64,000 bases of DNA, from assembly GCF_036321535.1 (NCBI RefSeq), contig NC_087447.1, positions 47,804,001 to 47,868,000 of the forward strand, read 5' to 3'. Source of the DNA: Camelus dromedarius. Taxonomy: Eukaryota. The position numbers and the translations under genes are program-made. Below are positions 63,564 to 64,000 of the stretch, one piece after another. Numbering within the stretch: position 1 is the stretch's first letter; every line of letters starts with the position of its first letter. The notes beneath the pieces are model-generated. The model was not told where the DNA came from and made no database searches. It worked only from the letters and a program-made list of their open reading frames with translations.

Positions 63564-64000
63564 GTAGGTGCCTTAGTTTCCTCCCTTTAACAGATGAGAG
63601 AACTGAGGCCCAAAGAGGGATGGGACTGACCTGAGGTCACACAGCAAGATGAGGCAGAGTTGACCAAAACTTTAATCTCCTGGGCTTGGGCTGAGGGGAA
63701 GTGGTTTCAGTCTCCTGGGGCTTAGAGAAGACTTTGGCCTGCCAGAGCTTGGAGGATGGGGTAGGCTGGGGCTACCAAGTGAGCCCAATGGAGGAGCGCC
63801 TCCCAGGCCAGTGCTCTGCCGAGGCTCAGCCCTTAGTCCACCCTTGTGGACATGCCTGAGGAGAGGGCAGGAAGGAGAACAAAGACACTTTTGCCTTGCT
63901 GTGTGAAACAGGCAAGTCCCTGCCCCTCTCTGGGCCCAGCACCTTCTTTCTATAGAAAAACATCAGGCTTGGTTAGAGAATGCGCTCTCTCCGAGCCTGG

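Overview
Mammalian genomic DNA, most likely from a camelid. The species call is inferred from the lineage-type L1 3' ends and from the apparent absence of Alu, B1, Bov-tA/BovB and PRE1 SINEs. The window holds the whole purinergic receptor gene P2RY2 on the + strand: a CpG-island promoter with non-coding exon 1 (~17.5-18.2 kb), non-coding exon 2 (27706-27884), and a single coding exon with CDS 32782-33912 (376 aa). Downstream are a heavily decayed OR8-family olfactory receptor pseudogene (~46.7-47.5 kb) and the probable 5' end of P2RY6 (CpG island at ~56 kb, 5'-UTR exon at ~63.3-63.6 kb; its CDS lies beyond the window). The rest is intronic or intergenic sequence rich in MIR, L2, old L1, MaLR/ERV LTRs and hAT MER elements. 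The most interesting observations are: (1) two interlocking uORFs in P2RY2 exon 2, one toggled by an alternative 3' splice site and the other overlapping the main ATG; (2) an apparent L1 3'-transduction inside a MER91; (3) a polyadenylated LTR fragment retroposed with a TSD; (4) an old ~370-bp local duplication that keeps NF-kB-like and ETS motifs; (5) a cryptic minus-strand terminal-exon-like segment beside the OR pseudogene. Repeat family names and comparisons with human genes are from recall, not from a search, and repeat boundaries are approximate.
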